Assembly (NCBI GenBank): GCA_054600435.1 | Contig: BAAIJX010000019.1 | Location: forward strand, 372,001-392,512 | Direction of reading: 5' to 3' | Length of the DNA: 20,512 bases | Origin: Neophaeotheca triangularis | Taxonomy: Eukaryota | Shown here: piece after piece, positions 1-10,038 of the stretch | How positions within the stretch are numbered: the first letter of the stretch is position 1 | Layout: each line of letters begins with the position of its first letter | Notes under the pieces: model-generated | What the model saw: only the letters and a program-made list of their open reading frames with translations | The model's database searches: none | What the model was told of the DNA's origin: nothing | Translations under genes and position numbers: made by a program

Positions 1-211
1 AGAAGAGGTGGCAGCAGGATGTCTGGGGTTAGTACGCACAGATTCGATAGGAATGTGAATGATAACATTTGATTTTCAGAGTACTCTGTAATCCCACTTT
101 AGGCCCTCCTTGATTCGTTTTCCACCTCGTCCAAACCCCCTCGTACAGGCCGGCGTAGATACCCTTTTAGTCGAATCACCCACTCGGGAAGTTAGTGGGT
201 AACGCGGTCAA

Positions 212-1882
212 TCACGGCCTCACAGCCCTGATCCCATCAAACGTCAAATCCTGGAAGAACGTCACACCGGCGCGGCCAGAAGTCTGCGGCTCCGCTTCAT
301 CACGGCCACAGAAGTCCCAGTAAGCGCCGGCTTCGTCCCATTTCTCGGCGAGGACGCGGTCGTTGAACTCTTTCAAGGGGCACGACTGGCCAGGTCCGGA
401 GTCGCAGTGGGGTACAGCTGGGGGAAGAGTTAGCAAGTCCTCGTGGGAAAAAGCTCTTGATAGTACTCACGGTAGACCGCATCGTTCAGCTTGATGCGGA
501 GGAAGAGCTCATCATAGCAGTTGAGGCGCTCGAAAGTCACTGTACCCCGCATGGGGTTGTTGCGGCTCGAGACGTAGATCTGTAACCGTCAGCCAAGCAC
601 ATTTTTCTCCTCCAACGTTTGCAGAACTAACCCGTGACTCGTTCATCGATGTAGGCGAAAGAGATGGCTGCTCGTCGAAAATGCCCAATCGCGCAACCAG
701 CTGGCTAATCTGGTTGTCGTGGGTGAAAGCCACGGCTAGCGGTCCAAGAGTGCCATTGCTTCCGTCAGGCTCGTGAACTACGCTCTCTGGGCCAGAAGAC
801 AGGATATCGACGACACCTTGGATGACTGGCAAGAACACCGAAGCGTTGTTGTAGCTTTCTGGGCCTGTTCCATACCAATAGCGCAAGTCCTGTCTGTATT
901 CGTATTGCAAAAACTCCTCTGGCTTCAGAACACGGCAAAAAGGACTGTCACGACGCAAGATCTGGCTCTCAAACCCGCAAAGATATGCAAATTCGCTGAC
1001 GTCGGAGGCGGTCAAGTTGAAAGCGCCCTCGATGTAGGTTTGCAGTCGCTCTACAATCGGCGGGAGGTAAATGTCTTCCCATCGCTCAACGTAGCCCGCG
1101 CCGGCTTGATCGTCGTAAGCAGGACAAGAGTCCGTCGTGGCGAGCGAGTTGGCTGCGGCAGAAGGGTCGGAACCATTAATAGGGTAGACAGTCCCCAGCT
1201 CGGTACTATTGGGTCCGATATATCCACGGGCGAAGAGCCGAGCGGAATCAACGGTGCGTTCGTAGTCGTTGGCCCACAGCCTGAAAGGCTGACCATACTG
1301 GTACCAGTCGCGGTGACGAGTCCTCAGCTCAACGCCAAAGTCGTACAGCTCGTCGTAACCACCTGCAGAGAGTTGGCGGAGTTGCCGGCCCGGGTCCTCA
1401 ATGTGAGGTTGCCAGTCTGGGAGGAAGGATAGTGGACCCTCGGCCGTGAAACTCGCATTTTTCACCTAAGCTTCGTGTTAGCGGCGTCGACGGGGAGAGA
1501 AGCAGAATCCATACCTTCTCGTAGAGAGCTTCCCAACCACCGAATGCCCCAGGGTCTGGGTACCGACTACCGTGTCTACTGACGTAGACGGCCTGGTCCA
1601 GCTTACACTGTTTGGGAGGGTCAGGAGAAATACCAAAGACGTTTGGGCCTGCAGATCGGTAAGTGCGAGCCCGTTGAAGCCGCAGAAGTCGGATTCATCA
1701 GTACCTGGCGACCAAGGGCCGTTACCACCCAAATGCCTGAGGGGGTTCCATTCTGATGACTGTGTCGGGCAAGTGAGATCTGCGTAGAAGTTGGTGCCGT
1801 CGCTCGAGGCAGTCGAGGTGGTGGAGAAGAGGATTGCCCCTGCTAAGAGCATGATGTTGGACGGAAACTGCGCAGCCTTCAT
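212..1882 (-). CDS. Secreted histidine acid phosphatase / 3-phytase family protein (~486 aa), 5 exons: 1882-1705, 1648-1515, 1465-632, 579-471, 417-212
   Basis: Signal-peptide-like N-terminus (MKAAQFPSNIMLLAGAILFSTT). Four GT..AG introns of 49-56 nt, three with GCTAAC/GCTGAC branch sites, join into one frame (1461 nt). Spliced exon 2 encodes the catalytic RHGSRYP motif (1577-1557), exon 3 the HD motif (AFTHDNQI), and the C-terminus has the family-typical FERLNC...CDSGPGQSCPL. Confidence 0.93.
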
Positions 1883-2079
1883 TTTCTCTTACAGCGAGTC
1901 TGACGAGTTGTCTTTGAGGATGTTACCAGGCTCCTCTCTTAAGCTCTTTATGTCCTTTCGACGCGGTGACCATCGTGGCCTCTCAATGTCATCGCCCACC
2001 TCTGCTGTCGTGTCTCCGACCACCATGTCGCCAAGGAGGTGATGTCGATCAAAACCGCCTCGCATCGCTGTCATGTCGA

Positions 2080-2087
2080 CCACGTGC
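2080..2087. promoter_or_regulatory. Putative Pho4/NUC-1/PalcA-type E-box (GCACGTGG on the - strand)
   Basis: CACGTG at 2081-2086, about 200 bp upstream of the phosphatase ATG. Matches the bHLH phosphate-starvation regulator consensus. A second CACGTGGG is at 4009-4016 in the same intergenic region. Confidence 0.45.
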
Positions 2088-4209
2088 TGGCAGCCATGCA
2101 TGCAAAAGGCCTACGAGAAAAGAGCCAAGCCGCTGTATATTATCATTGCAATGCAGGCGAGCGAGCGGACACGGTGGCTCCTGGTGATGTGCGGTATGAA
2201 GCCTGTCGTTTAATTACTTGGAAGCATGTCGCCATGTCCGCTCGGGGAAGTCCCCACTTTTCTCGGTCCATGTTTACTTCTTCCAAACGACATCCGAGGC
2301 AGCGAACAAGACGATATTGGCCATGATGCATTCCTGATAGCACTCCTTATGCTAAGCGCACTCTAGCGACTTCCTCAACAATAATCAAACGTCGAAACCT
2401 CTTGATGAATGGCGTGGCGATACTGGAAAGGCGTGCGCTCTACTCGGCTATGCAAAGACGCAAATGCTATCTGAAGGCCGTTGATTAGGGACAGCGACGA
2501 GTTTAAGCGGGGGAAATGGTTCGATAACCCTTGTGGCTTCGGGAAAGAGACGAGCTCCTGCATCAATACACATTGGCTGGAATCACGAACTCGCTTCTCC
2601 ACGTAAGATGGCTGTGGCCCACGCACGGGACTATGACGGATGATCTGGCATCGCGAGGCCGATTGGAGCCTGTCGATCGTGCCGACAGTATGGAGGGTAG
2701 TCCATCTGCTCTGGCATCTTGACTCTTATGGGGTTAGGAAGCAGCTTTGCTAGTCATATTCTGTAGCGTGACGGTTTGTTTAGTCATTTCTCTCTTTTCA
2801 CCTTCTACGTTCCTGTAGAGATGATTGGGGAGGGCCTTCATCACATCGTCGTGTGAAGACAGACACCAATAGTGATGGACGCTTTCAACTCGTGCAGCTG
2901 GAAAAGGGCATCGATACATGATCGTTTCATCGCTCCACGCCATGGTCCCCGTTAAGCCTACCCAGAATCTATCCCGTAACTTTCCACCCTGTTACGAGGT
3001 AGCTTGGACCAGCTACTACCTTGGCCAGTTAGTGAGAAGACAACAGCAGATCATCCGCTTGCAAATCATTTGGTTGAGGGCTGTAAAAGGAATTTAATGT
3101 GCACATCACCTGGAGAAGCCTCGTAGCAGACAAAATTTGCCGACTAATCGCTAGACCGTGTTCTAGGAGCGACCCGTACAAGGGTACCGACTTCGTATTC
3201 CGAGATCGTCAAGTACCGTGTCGAAAAGCTTAGAGGAACAGGCCGTTGTGGCTGCAATAATGTCAGTTAGGGCACCGGCTGATCAAGCCCGCCTACACTG
3301 CCCAAGATGAGTATCTCCGCCGAAATCTATCTCGAGACTTGGTAATAAGGGGCTACTCATCCGAAACAAGACGTTAGGCGGATGAAAAGCTCTTCACTAA
3401 GACATACTTTGATGCTTACGCCTGAAGACAGGTAGGGCTCGGCAAACTCGTCCCGAGAACTAGATGTCTGAGCGCAAGTGTCGGCCTCGTCATTGTTCTA
3501 GATCCCCGTCCTATTCTGTTCACTGCCTAGTAGGTAGTCTTGTAGTGCTCGAAGTTGCTACAATGAACGACACAGGTTACTCCTACGAGCCGAACATATA
3601 CTACTACGAGGAGTTTGTACATAGTAGGGACGCGAACTCCGCGCTTGTCTTGCCTAGAGCTTCGTCGATTAGAATTGTAGTATTTGTGGCGGTACAATTA
3701 GGTTAGTCCTAAGCATTGATCAGCTTAATAGATTTTGTATGGCAAAGCCCGTTAGATGCCGTGTCGAACTCGCTGCTTCGATAGGACGAAAGCTCAGCCA
3801 AGCTAGAACAACTTTATTTTAGTGAAGACCCGAGAGCCCGGGCAGTCTTCGTCTGGACTTGATCTGGACTCTATCCGGAACGTCGGCTCTAGCCCTAACG
3901 AACCCTAACGACAAGGCCCACTTGTGAAGAATGACGGGAGGTACAGGACCCAGGCGACCTTGGAAAAGTAAGGTAATCATGCAGAGACGGTTGGAGGCGT
4001 CTGCCATCCACGTGGGAACTCCCCCGTCGAGCTAGCACGCTTTAATAAGCATTCCAAAGTTGATTTTCGTCAATATGTGCTAAGTCTAGCCATGAGAAGA
4101 GGCTCGCTCGCTTGCCCTGTCCCTCATCTACCTCATCTTATGGCCTCTAATTGCCGGGCGGCCCTACAAAGGGATGCCCCGGTTAAAAGCCTCTCAGTAG
4201 GATTTTTAA

Positions 4210-4254
4210 AGGCGACTGCATCATCGCAAATCTATCGCGATGATGCAGTCGCCT
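4210..4254. repeat. Perfect 18-bp inverted repeat (hairpin) with 9-nt loop
   Basis: AGGCGACTGCATCATCGC (4210-4227) - AAATCTATC - GCGATGATGCAGTCGCCT (4237-4254); the arms are exact reverse complements. Confidence 0.95.
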
Positions 4255-4658
4255 CACACCCTGCCTTCCCTGGTAATCTTACTAAACGATGAACTCGGTA
4301 TCCACTCTACGGGAACGTTATTGAAGGTTCGCAGCCTCTAATCGTCCGTCAACTTTGATGACTTCCCGTCGATGATCAATTGTCTTCGACGGTACGGGTA
4401 CGAGTCCTCTTTCGGAAATCTGTCGACAGTCCACCTAGCCGCGTGGTAGCGGTAAACCTTGTGGATGATAATGAGAACCAAATCATCGCCTTCACATACT
4501 TCGATGCTAGGTGAAAAGGCCTCATTTTGATACAAATACAGGTCTCGCTCCTCTGTTGAAGCACTCTCTCTCTCGTAACACAACAACTCCAGACTCGTCG
4601 AGGCATCCAGTCTTTCCTTCTCCCTCCCTACAGCTGCTTCTTTTCTATCGACGTAAGC

Positions 4659-6056
4659 ATGCGTCCCTCAGTCGCCCTTACCGCCGCTCTGCTGGCATCG
4701 CCAGCTATTGCGGCTCCTACCCCCAACCCTGGCCTCATCGGTGACATTTTTGGTCTCGTGTCCAACATTGTCCACCACGTCGCCGACGATGTCCACACCG
4801 TTCTCAATCAAGTCGGCATCGTGTTGCGAAACAATGCCAAGAAACATGGTCCCGTAACACCGTATCAGGATTTCATGCCGTGGCCAGTCATTAAAAAGCC
4901 GGCCGATGGCAGGCACCACAGTGTCAATATCAACTGGCCTCACCAAGGACAGCAATTCCTCAACTGGAGGACCTACAAGTCCAATGGAGCCAACCTGGGA
5001 GGCTGGCTTGCCAGGGAGAAGACTCACGACCCTGACTGGTTCAACTCCCTCGACCCTACTGCTCCCGATGAGTGGACTCTTTGTGCCAACCTCGGCGATC
5101 AATGCGGACCGGCCTTTGAGGCCCGCTACGCCTCTTTCCTCAACACCACCACCGTCGACGACCTTGCTGCCGTCGGCGTCAACACGCTCCGCATCACGAC
5201 CACCTATGCTGCGTGGATTAAAGTGCCAGGCTCTCAGCTCTACAGCGGCAACCAAAAGGACTACCTCTCCACCATCACAAACTACGCCATCGAAAAGTAT
5301 GGCATGCACATAATCGTCGGCCTGCACTCCCTCCCGGGCGGCATCAACTCGCTCGACATTGGCGAGGCCCTTGGACACTCAAACTGGTTCAACAACGCCA
5401 CCAACCTCGACTACTCGTTCAAAGCCGTTGACGAAGTGCTCGACTGGATGAAGCAATCTGGCCACCTCAACTCCTTCACCTTTCAAGCCATCAACGAAGC
5501 CTCCGACACTCATCTCCAGGGCTTTGGAACCCCGGCCGGTCTGACCGAAGATGGCGCCAACTGGGTGCTCACTTACATGGACGGCGTGTTCAAGAAGGTG
5601 GAGAAAGTTGACAAGCGCATTCCCGTCATGCTCCAGGACAACTTCAAGGGCGCCTCTTACTGGCAGCCGCTCTTCAACAAGAAGAAGAACCTCGTCATCG
5701 ACTCTCACGTCTACTACTTCGCCGCCGCTGGCACCTACTCGCAATACATTCCCCCAACCGTCTGTGGACAGGGTCAGTACCTCAGGGACCAGGTGACCAC
5801 CTTCCCCATCTTCGTGGGTGAATTCTCGCTCCAGACCAAATACAACAATACCTTTGAGGCCCGCAAGCAGATTTTCGACACTCAGCGTTGGGCCTGGCAA
5901 AACTATGTCTCGGGCGGTGCTTTCTGGACTGCCGTCACTTACACGCATGACAAGGTCGATGGCGAGGGTGTGCAGACTGATTACTGGTGCTACATTGATC
6001 TCATCAACCAGGGTGTCATCACTAGCCAGACGAACGAGACATACTGCACCAACTAG
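4659..6056 (+). CDS. Secreted glycoside hydrolase family 5 beta-glucanase (exo-1,3- / endo-1,6-glucanase-like), 465 aa, intronless
   Basis: Signal peptide MRPSVALTAALLASPAIA. GH5 motifs GANLGGWL, DEWTLC, GVNTLRI, LHSLPG, acid/base AINEA (Glu codon 5496-5498), IDSHVY and nucleophile FVGEFS (Glu codon 5820-5822). Strong C-ending codon bias. Confidence 0.93.
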   Translation: MRPSVALTAALLASPAIAAPTPNPGLIGDIFGLVSNIVHHVADDVHTVLNQVGIVLRNNAKKHGPVTPYQDFMPWPVIKKPADGRHHSVNINWPHQGQQFLNWRTYKSNGANLGGWLAREKTHDPDWFNSLDPTAPDEWTLCANLGDQCGPAFEARYASFLNTTTVDDLAAVGVNTLRITTTYAAWIKVPGSQLYSGNQKDYLSTITNYAIEKYGMHIIVGLHSLPGGINSLDIGEALGHSNWFNNATNLDYSFKAVDEVLDWMKQSGHLNSFTFQAINEASDTHLQGFGTPAGLTEDGANWVLTYMDGVFKKVEKVDKRIPVMLQDNFKGASYWQPLFNKKKNLVIDSHVYYFAAAGTYSQYIPPTVCGQGQYLRDQVTTFPIFVGEFSLQTKYNNTFEARKQIFDTQRWAWQNYVSGGAFWTAVTYTHDKVDGEGVQTDYWCYIDLINQGVITSQTNETYCTN

Positions 6057-6555
6057 ACGACTACGGCTGATGATTTAGTGGTCAAAAGTTTGTGGTTGTT
6101 GGAACAAGGCTTTGCTTGATATTTAGATACAATTTCGTTACTCATTTCGCAATGTGCCAGCTGGCTCTTTTTTCTGAAGTGATTCTGATTGTGACCATGA
6201 TTGTATGGATGTCCTGTTGGCGCATTCCAGCTGCTGACCCTCTCCTGAGTTGCCTGAACTTCCGAGGCGTTGCGAGTTCCTCGTCGGGGTTGCGAAGGCC
6301 TGGTCATCCGGTAGCCTACATTAGCCTCTATCCTGTATACTTCTTCATCTTTGCCATCCGGTTCCCCAGAGCTTGTATCGACCCTAACAAATGGGTCTCC
6401 CATCTTGAGTCGTTGGGTACTTTCAGCTTCAACAAATACATCCTTCTACAGCAGGCGATGACGTGGTGAAGCAGTCGTACCTTAATTTGGTCATCGCGCA
6501 ATGCAAAGACGCTGGAACTTCAATCGCTCCTACACTTGAAGATACACAGTCATCA

Positions 6556-6579
6556 CTCATCTGTGGTCTCATCTGTGGT
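6556..6579 (+). repeat. 12-bp tandem duplication (CTCATCTGTGGT x2) upstream of ELP4
   Basis: Read directly from the sequence; two exact copies. Confidence 0.85.
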
Positions 6580-6717
6580 CGAGGACTTGGTGTACTTCCA
6601 GCTACTGTAGCAATGAGCACGGCTGTGCGTACTAGACATACTGGCTTCCTCGACGTCAAATATAACTTTTCGACGATACCTCCCGTCACCTCCCACAAAG
6701 TCTGCGAGCATATCAAC

Positions 6718-8047
6718 ATGGCTTTCCGAAAACGCAACACGCCGCTGAACAGACCAGTACCTTCCACGGCATCCTCATCAGCCATTGTAGAGACATCTCC
6801 GCCAGGCGTGCGACCTTCACCTCTGACCTCGCATCCTGTGACTTCAACTGGCGCACCCTCCTTCGATGGCTTACTCGGTGGACACGCTGGGCTAGCGCTG
6901 GGGTCCTCGGCCTTGATCGAAGAGAGCGGGACGACTGACTTTGCGGGAGCGCTGCTGAGGTATTATGCCGCTGAGGGGATATGTCAAGGCCACGTCGTGC
7001 ATGTTGTAGGTCTGGGGGATGCGTGGGTGAGGGAGCTGCCGGGGGTTGTCGAGGGTAAGGAGGCGGAGCGGGTCCGAAGGGAATTGGAAAGTGAGGATGC
7101 AGGCAAGGGCAAGGGTGGGAAGGAGGACAAAGCAGCGCAAGAGCGGATGAAAATCGCGTGGAGGTATGAGAAGCTGGGCCAGGTCAATGCTGGAGAGAGA
7201 GGTTCGTGGTACACCATCCGTAGCGAGTGTCATTACCTCAGACTATTTGCTCGCCCCTTTGCATTCGCAGCTCGCTGAAGCTGACGGTAAGTTTGTAGCC
7301 CTCCCCGACCGTACAAATCGCGCCTCAAACCTCGACCTTGACCCCGATGCAAGCGGATCGACGCAGCAGCAACCATTCTGCCACACCTTTGATCTAACCA
7401 AACGCCTCATCCTTCCGACCAACGTCCAGATCAACCACATCCCGATCAACCCAGCCAGCAGCGCGGCCCAGTCCCCCTTCGACCAGATCCTGCAATCAAT
7501 CACACGATCCCTCCAAACCACCCCACCAAGCACAGTCCATCGCCTCGTCCTCCCAACGCTCCTAAGCCCGGCGCTATACCCAACCCACTCCAGCCAACCG
7601 CACCACGTCCTCCGCTTCCTCCACTCTCTGCGCGCCCTGACCCGACAACACCCAACCCGACTCACAGCCCTCGCAACCCTCCCACTGGAACTCTACCCTC
7701 GCTCCGCAGCCCTAATCCGACAAGCCGAAACTCTCTTCGACGGCGTGCTAGAACTGACTCCCTTCCCGCACCTCATGGACCTGCCTCCGACAACCTCTAG
7801 CGGCCAGAAAGGCAACGAGCAACCGCAGGGGATGTTGAAAGTGCATAAACTTCCAATATCAAGTGAGCGCGGTGAGGGAGGTGCTGGTGTCGGGAACAGT
7901 GTTGGTGAGGATTTGGCTTTTACTGTTAGTAGGCGGAAGTTTGTGGTGAGGGAGTTTAGTCTGCCGCCTGTGGAGGGGGATGCGGAGGCTCAGTCTGGAC
8001 AGGGAGGTGGGAGCGAGGTACCCGGTGGGAAGGAGATGGAGTTTTAG
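6718..8047 (+). CDS. ELP4: Elongator complex subunit 4 (~410 aa), exons 6718-7201 and 7299-8047
   Basis: MAFRKRN start; motifs GVRPSPL..PVTSTG.PSFDGLLGGHAGL.LG.S.LIEESGTTDFAG.LLRYYAAEG, MKIAWRYE, FCHTFDLTKRL and DLAFTVSRRKF.V..FSLPP. A 97-nt GTTCGT..GCTGAC..TAG intron (7202-7298) joins the two ORFs in frame. Confidence 0.93.
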
Positions 8048-8114
8048 GCGAAGCGGCGGCGGTGTGAGTTGTAATTTTATTCGGGAAAGATAGACCACAG
8101 GACTGTGTGCAGTT

Positions 8115-8393
8115 TCAACGAATATGCTCGAAATCCTCACTCTCGCGGCGGGTAGAGGCGTTGGTCTTGTCGAACATGTCTTCCATTTCAATCTGCTCCC
8201 ATCCGGCTCCTTGGTTGCTCGCCATCATCCTCGCATAATCGCCACCGTATGTTCTCGGCAGTCCTGGTCGATAGCTCCGCCCAGACCAAGCCGCTCGTAT
8301 TTCGTCTCCGAGACATGATGACAAGGCGAAGAAAGCTAGGACCGTGACTAGAAAGATTAGTAGGAGCACGACTAGCACTATGAAGAAATTCAT
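8115..8393 (-). CDS. Small single-pass membrane protein of unknown function (92 aa)
   Basis: ATG-started ORF with a 24-residue hydrophobic N-terminal segment (FFIVLVVLLLIFLVTVLAFFALSS) and a polar tail ending WEQIEMEDMFD...; it fits the gap between ELP4 (convergent) and MTR3 (divergent). Confidence 0.6.
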   Translation of the reverse strand: MNFFIVLVVLLLIFLVTVLAFFALSSCLGDEIRAAWSGRSYRPGLPRTYGGDYARMMASNQGAGWEQIEMEDMFDKTNASTRRESEDFEHIR

Positions 8394-8648
8394 TGCGAGA
8401 CGGGAGGAGAGAACTAAGGTTAGCTACGGATATCTATCTAATAAGGAATCCTAGGGAGGTACCTCTGCACCTAAGCCATGTAAGTACAAGGCGGAGCGAA
8501 AGTCTTCGCTTACCGCGATCGAATTATCTTATCTCAATTTCGATCTTGATCTCCGGCAAACATCGCGCTTCGAAGCTGAAGTTGGACATGCGACTGAGCC
8601 AAGCGGACTCTCGAGCCAAGTAACCTACCCATCCAATAGACCACCACG

Positions 8649-9551
8649 ATGGCCGACCGCCGCCGGCTCAATGCTCCCCAAGGTGGTACTAACCCCCCAA
8701 TCTTCGCCTCCACTCCAGCAACCCAAAAACCCTTCCCAACCCCGCGCAACAACCCAACCGACCATCGCAAAATCTTCTTGCGAACAAAGATTGTCCCTTC
8801 AGCCTCCGGAAGCGCCTACTACGAAATCGCACCGGCTTCTTCCTCAGCAACATCCCCAGCAACCCTCGACCCGAGAACCTCAACCCCCAAAATAACAGCC
8901 ACAGTCCACGGGCCCCGACCTTTACCGCGGAATGCAGCATTCTCTCCGAACCTCCTCTTAACGACGACGCTCAAATTCGCGCCCTTTGCGACGAAGAAGC
9001 GGAGAGGTTATGTGAGGGATAGCGGCGAGAGGGATCTGGGCGTGCATTTGCAGACTGCGCTGGAAGGAGTTGTGATAGGCGAGCGCTGGCCGAAGAGTAG
9101 CTGTGAGGTTGTTGTGACAGTATTGGAAGGCGAGGAGGACGGGGAAGGATGGGGGAGCATGGCTGTGCTGGCTGGCGCGGTGACTGCTGCCAGCGCGGCG
9201 TTGGTGGAGGCCGGGGTGGATTGTTTGGATCTGGTTAGTGGGGGTTTCGCGGCTGTTGTGGAGGGGGAGGGGAAAGGAAGGAGCGTCGTGATGGATCCGA
9301 GATTGGGGGAGGAGAGGGTTTTGGCGGGTTGTGTGGTTGCTTATGCGCTCGGGAGGGACGAGGTTATGGCTGTGTGGTTGAAGGGGGAGGTTGGTAGCGC
9401 GGTGGAGGAATTGACGGATGTGGCTGTTCAGGCGGCCGTTATGACTAGAGGGGTTTTGGCTGAGGCGGTCAAGGAGGCTGCAGAGGGAAAGAGAGGAGTG
9501 GTGGATCAGAAGGGCAAGGAAAAGGAGGGGGATGTGGACATGACTGGATGA
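8649..9551 (+). CDS. MTR3: Exosome complex RNase PH-like subunit Mtr3 (300 aa)
   Basis: MADRRRLNAP.GGT.PP.F N-terminus typical of Pezizomycotina Mtr3; RNase PH-domain motifs PSASGSAYYE, VHGPRPLPR, KFAPFAT..RRGYVRD..ERDLG..L..AL.GV....RWPKS, and AAS.AL..AGVDC.DL. Confidence 0.88.
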   Translation: MADRRRLNAPQGGTNPPIFASTPATQKPFPTPRNNPTDHRKIFLRTKIVPSASGSAYYEIAPASSSATSPATLDPRTSTPKITATVHGPRPLPRNAAFSPNLLLTTTLKFAPFATKKRRGYVRDSGERDLGVHLQTALEGVVIGERWPKSSCEVVVTVLEGEEDGEGWGSMAVLAGAVTAASAALVEAGVDCLDLVSGGFAAVVEGEGKGRSVVMDPRLGEERVLAGCVVAYALGRDEVMAVWLKGEVGSAVEELTDVAVQAAVMTRGVLAEAVKEAAEGKRGVVDQKGKEKEGDVDMTG

Positions 9552-10038
9552 GGTGGTCTAGGAGGGTAGCACCATTGGGAGATACGCGGGCAACGCCAGC
9601 CAAATGGCTTGAGAGCTACTGGCACATTACAGCGACGGAGTTGGGACATTAACCGCACTGCCTCAGTCGAGGACCAGCGGCACGAGATTGCGAGGACCGC
9701 ATTCTGTCGCAGCAGCACAGATCTCACGGCCCCAAACTGAGGCCATCGCTGGAAACAGTTGACGAAACGCAAGTCCACCTTCGTTGAAGCAGACAAAGTT
9801 ACGCCAACCGATCATGCATCCACTGGCAACTCAACGCATCTGCGCCCGCCGAGACGATACGTAGATAGCCCAGAACAAAGAGTTGAGATGTATATTCCAC
9901 AGAACAGCTTGATTTTAACTACACTCTTCCCTACCCTTCCCTAAAAAGTACACTATCGTGACAAGAGGCGCTCAAAATGCGACACGGCGGATATGTTTTT
10001 GTTGTACAGCGGGTTTTGGTCTTTGCGCGGTCTGTTCT

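Noticed and set aside
773..1432. Long antisense ORFs over real genes (also 4668-5378, 5379-5948, 7243-7665, 11425-12018, 16328-16857)
   Set aside because: Shadow ORFs expected from GC-rich, codon-biased genes on the opposite strand; no independent protein features.
3891..3911. AGCCCTAACGAACCCTAACGA: telomere-like / telomerase-RNA-template-like (AACCCTAAC) sequence in a long intergenic region
   Set aside because: Only a 9-nt match within a 10-bp tandem duplication. I could not identify a U-rich pseudoknot, P6.1 stem-loop or Sm site plus splice-site 3' end. A covariance-model search would be needed to revive it.
4338..4586. Minus-strand ORF containing FSPSIEVCEGDDLVLII, reminiscent of the laccase domain-1 strand PGPTIEVNEGD
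   Set aside because: No HWHG copper motif follows, the start is not ATG, and it lies antisense to the GH5 core promoter/5' UTR; most likely coincidence.
6053..6469. Overlapping ORFs between GH5 and ELP4
   Set aside because: No recognisable domain, codon bias or splice structure; treated as intergenic.
6423..6556. Minus-strand GTGATGA ... CTGA pair resembling a box C/D snoRNA
   Set aside because: No terminal stem and no convincing rRNA-complementary guide that I can recognise.
7202..7298. Internal CAG and GTAAGT inside the ELP4 intron (micro-exon or twin intron?)
   Set aside because: The internal GTAAGT (7287) is only 12 nt from the acceptor, too short for a second intron; single-intron splicing already restores the frame.
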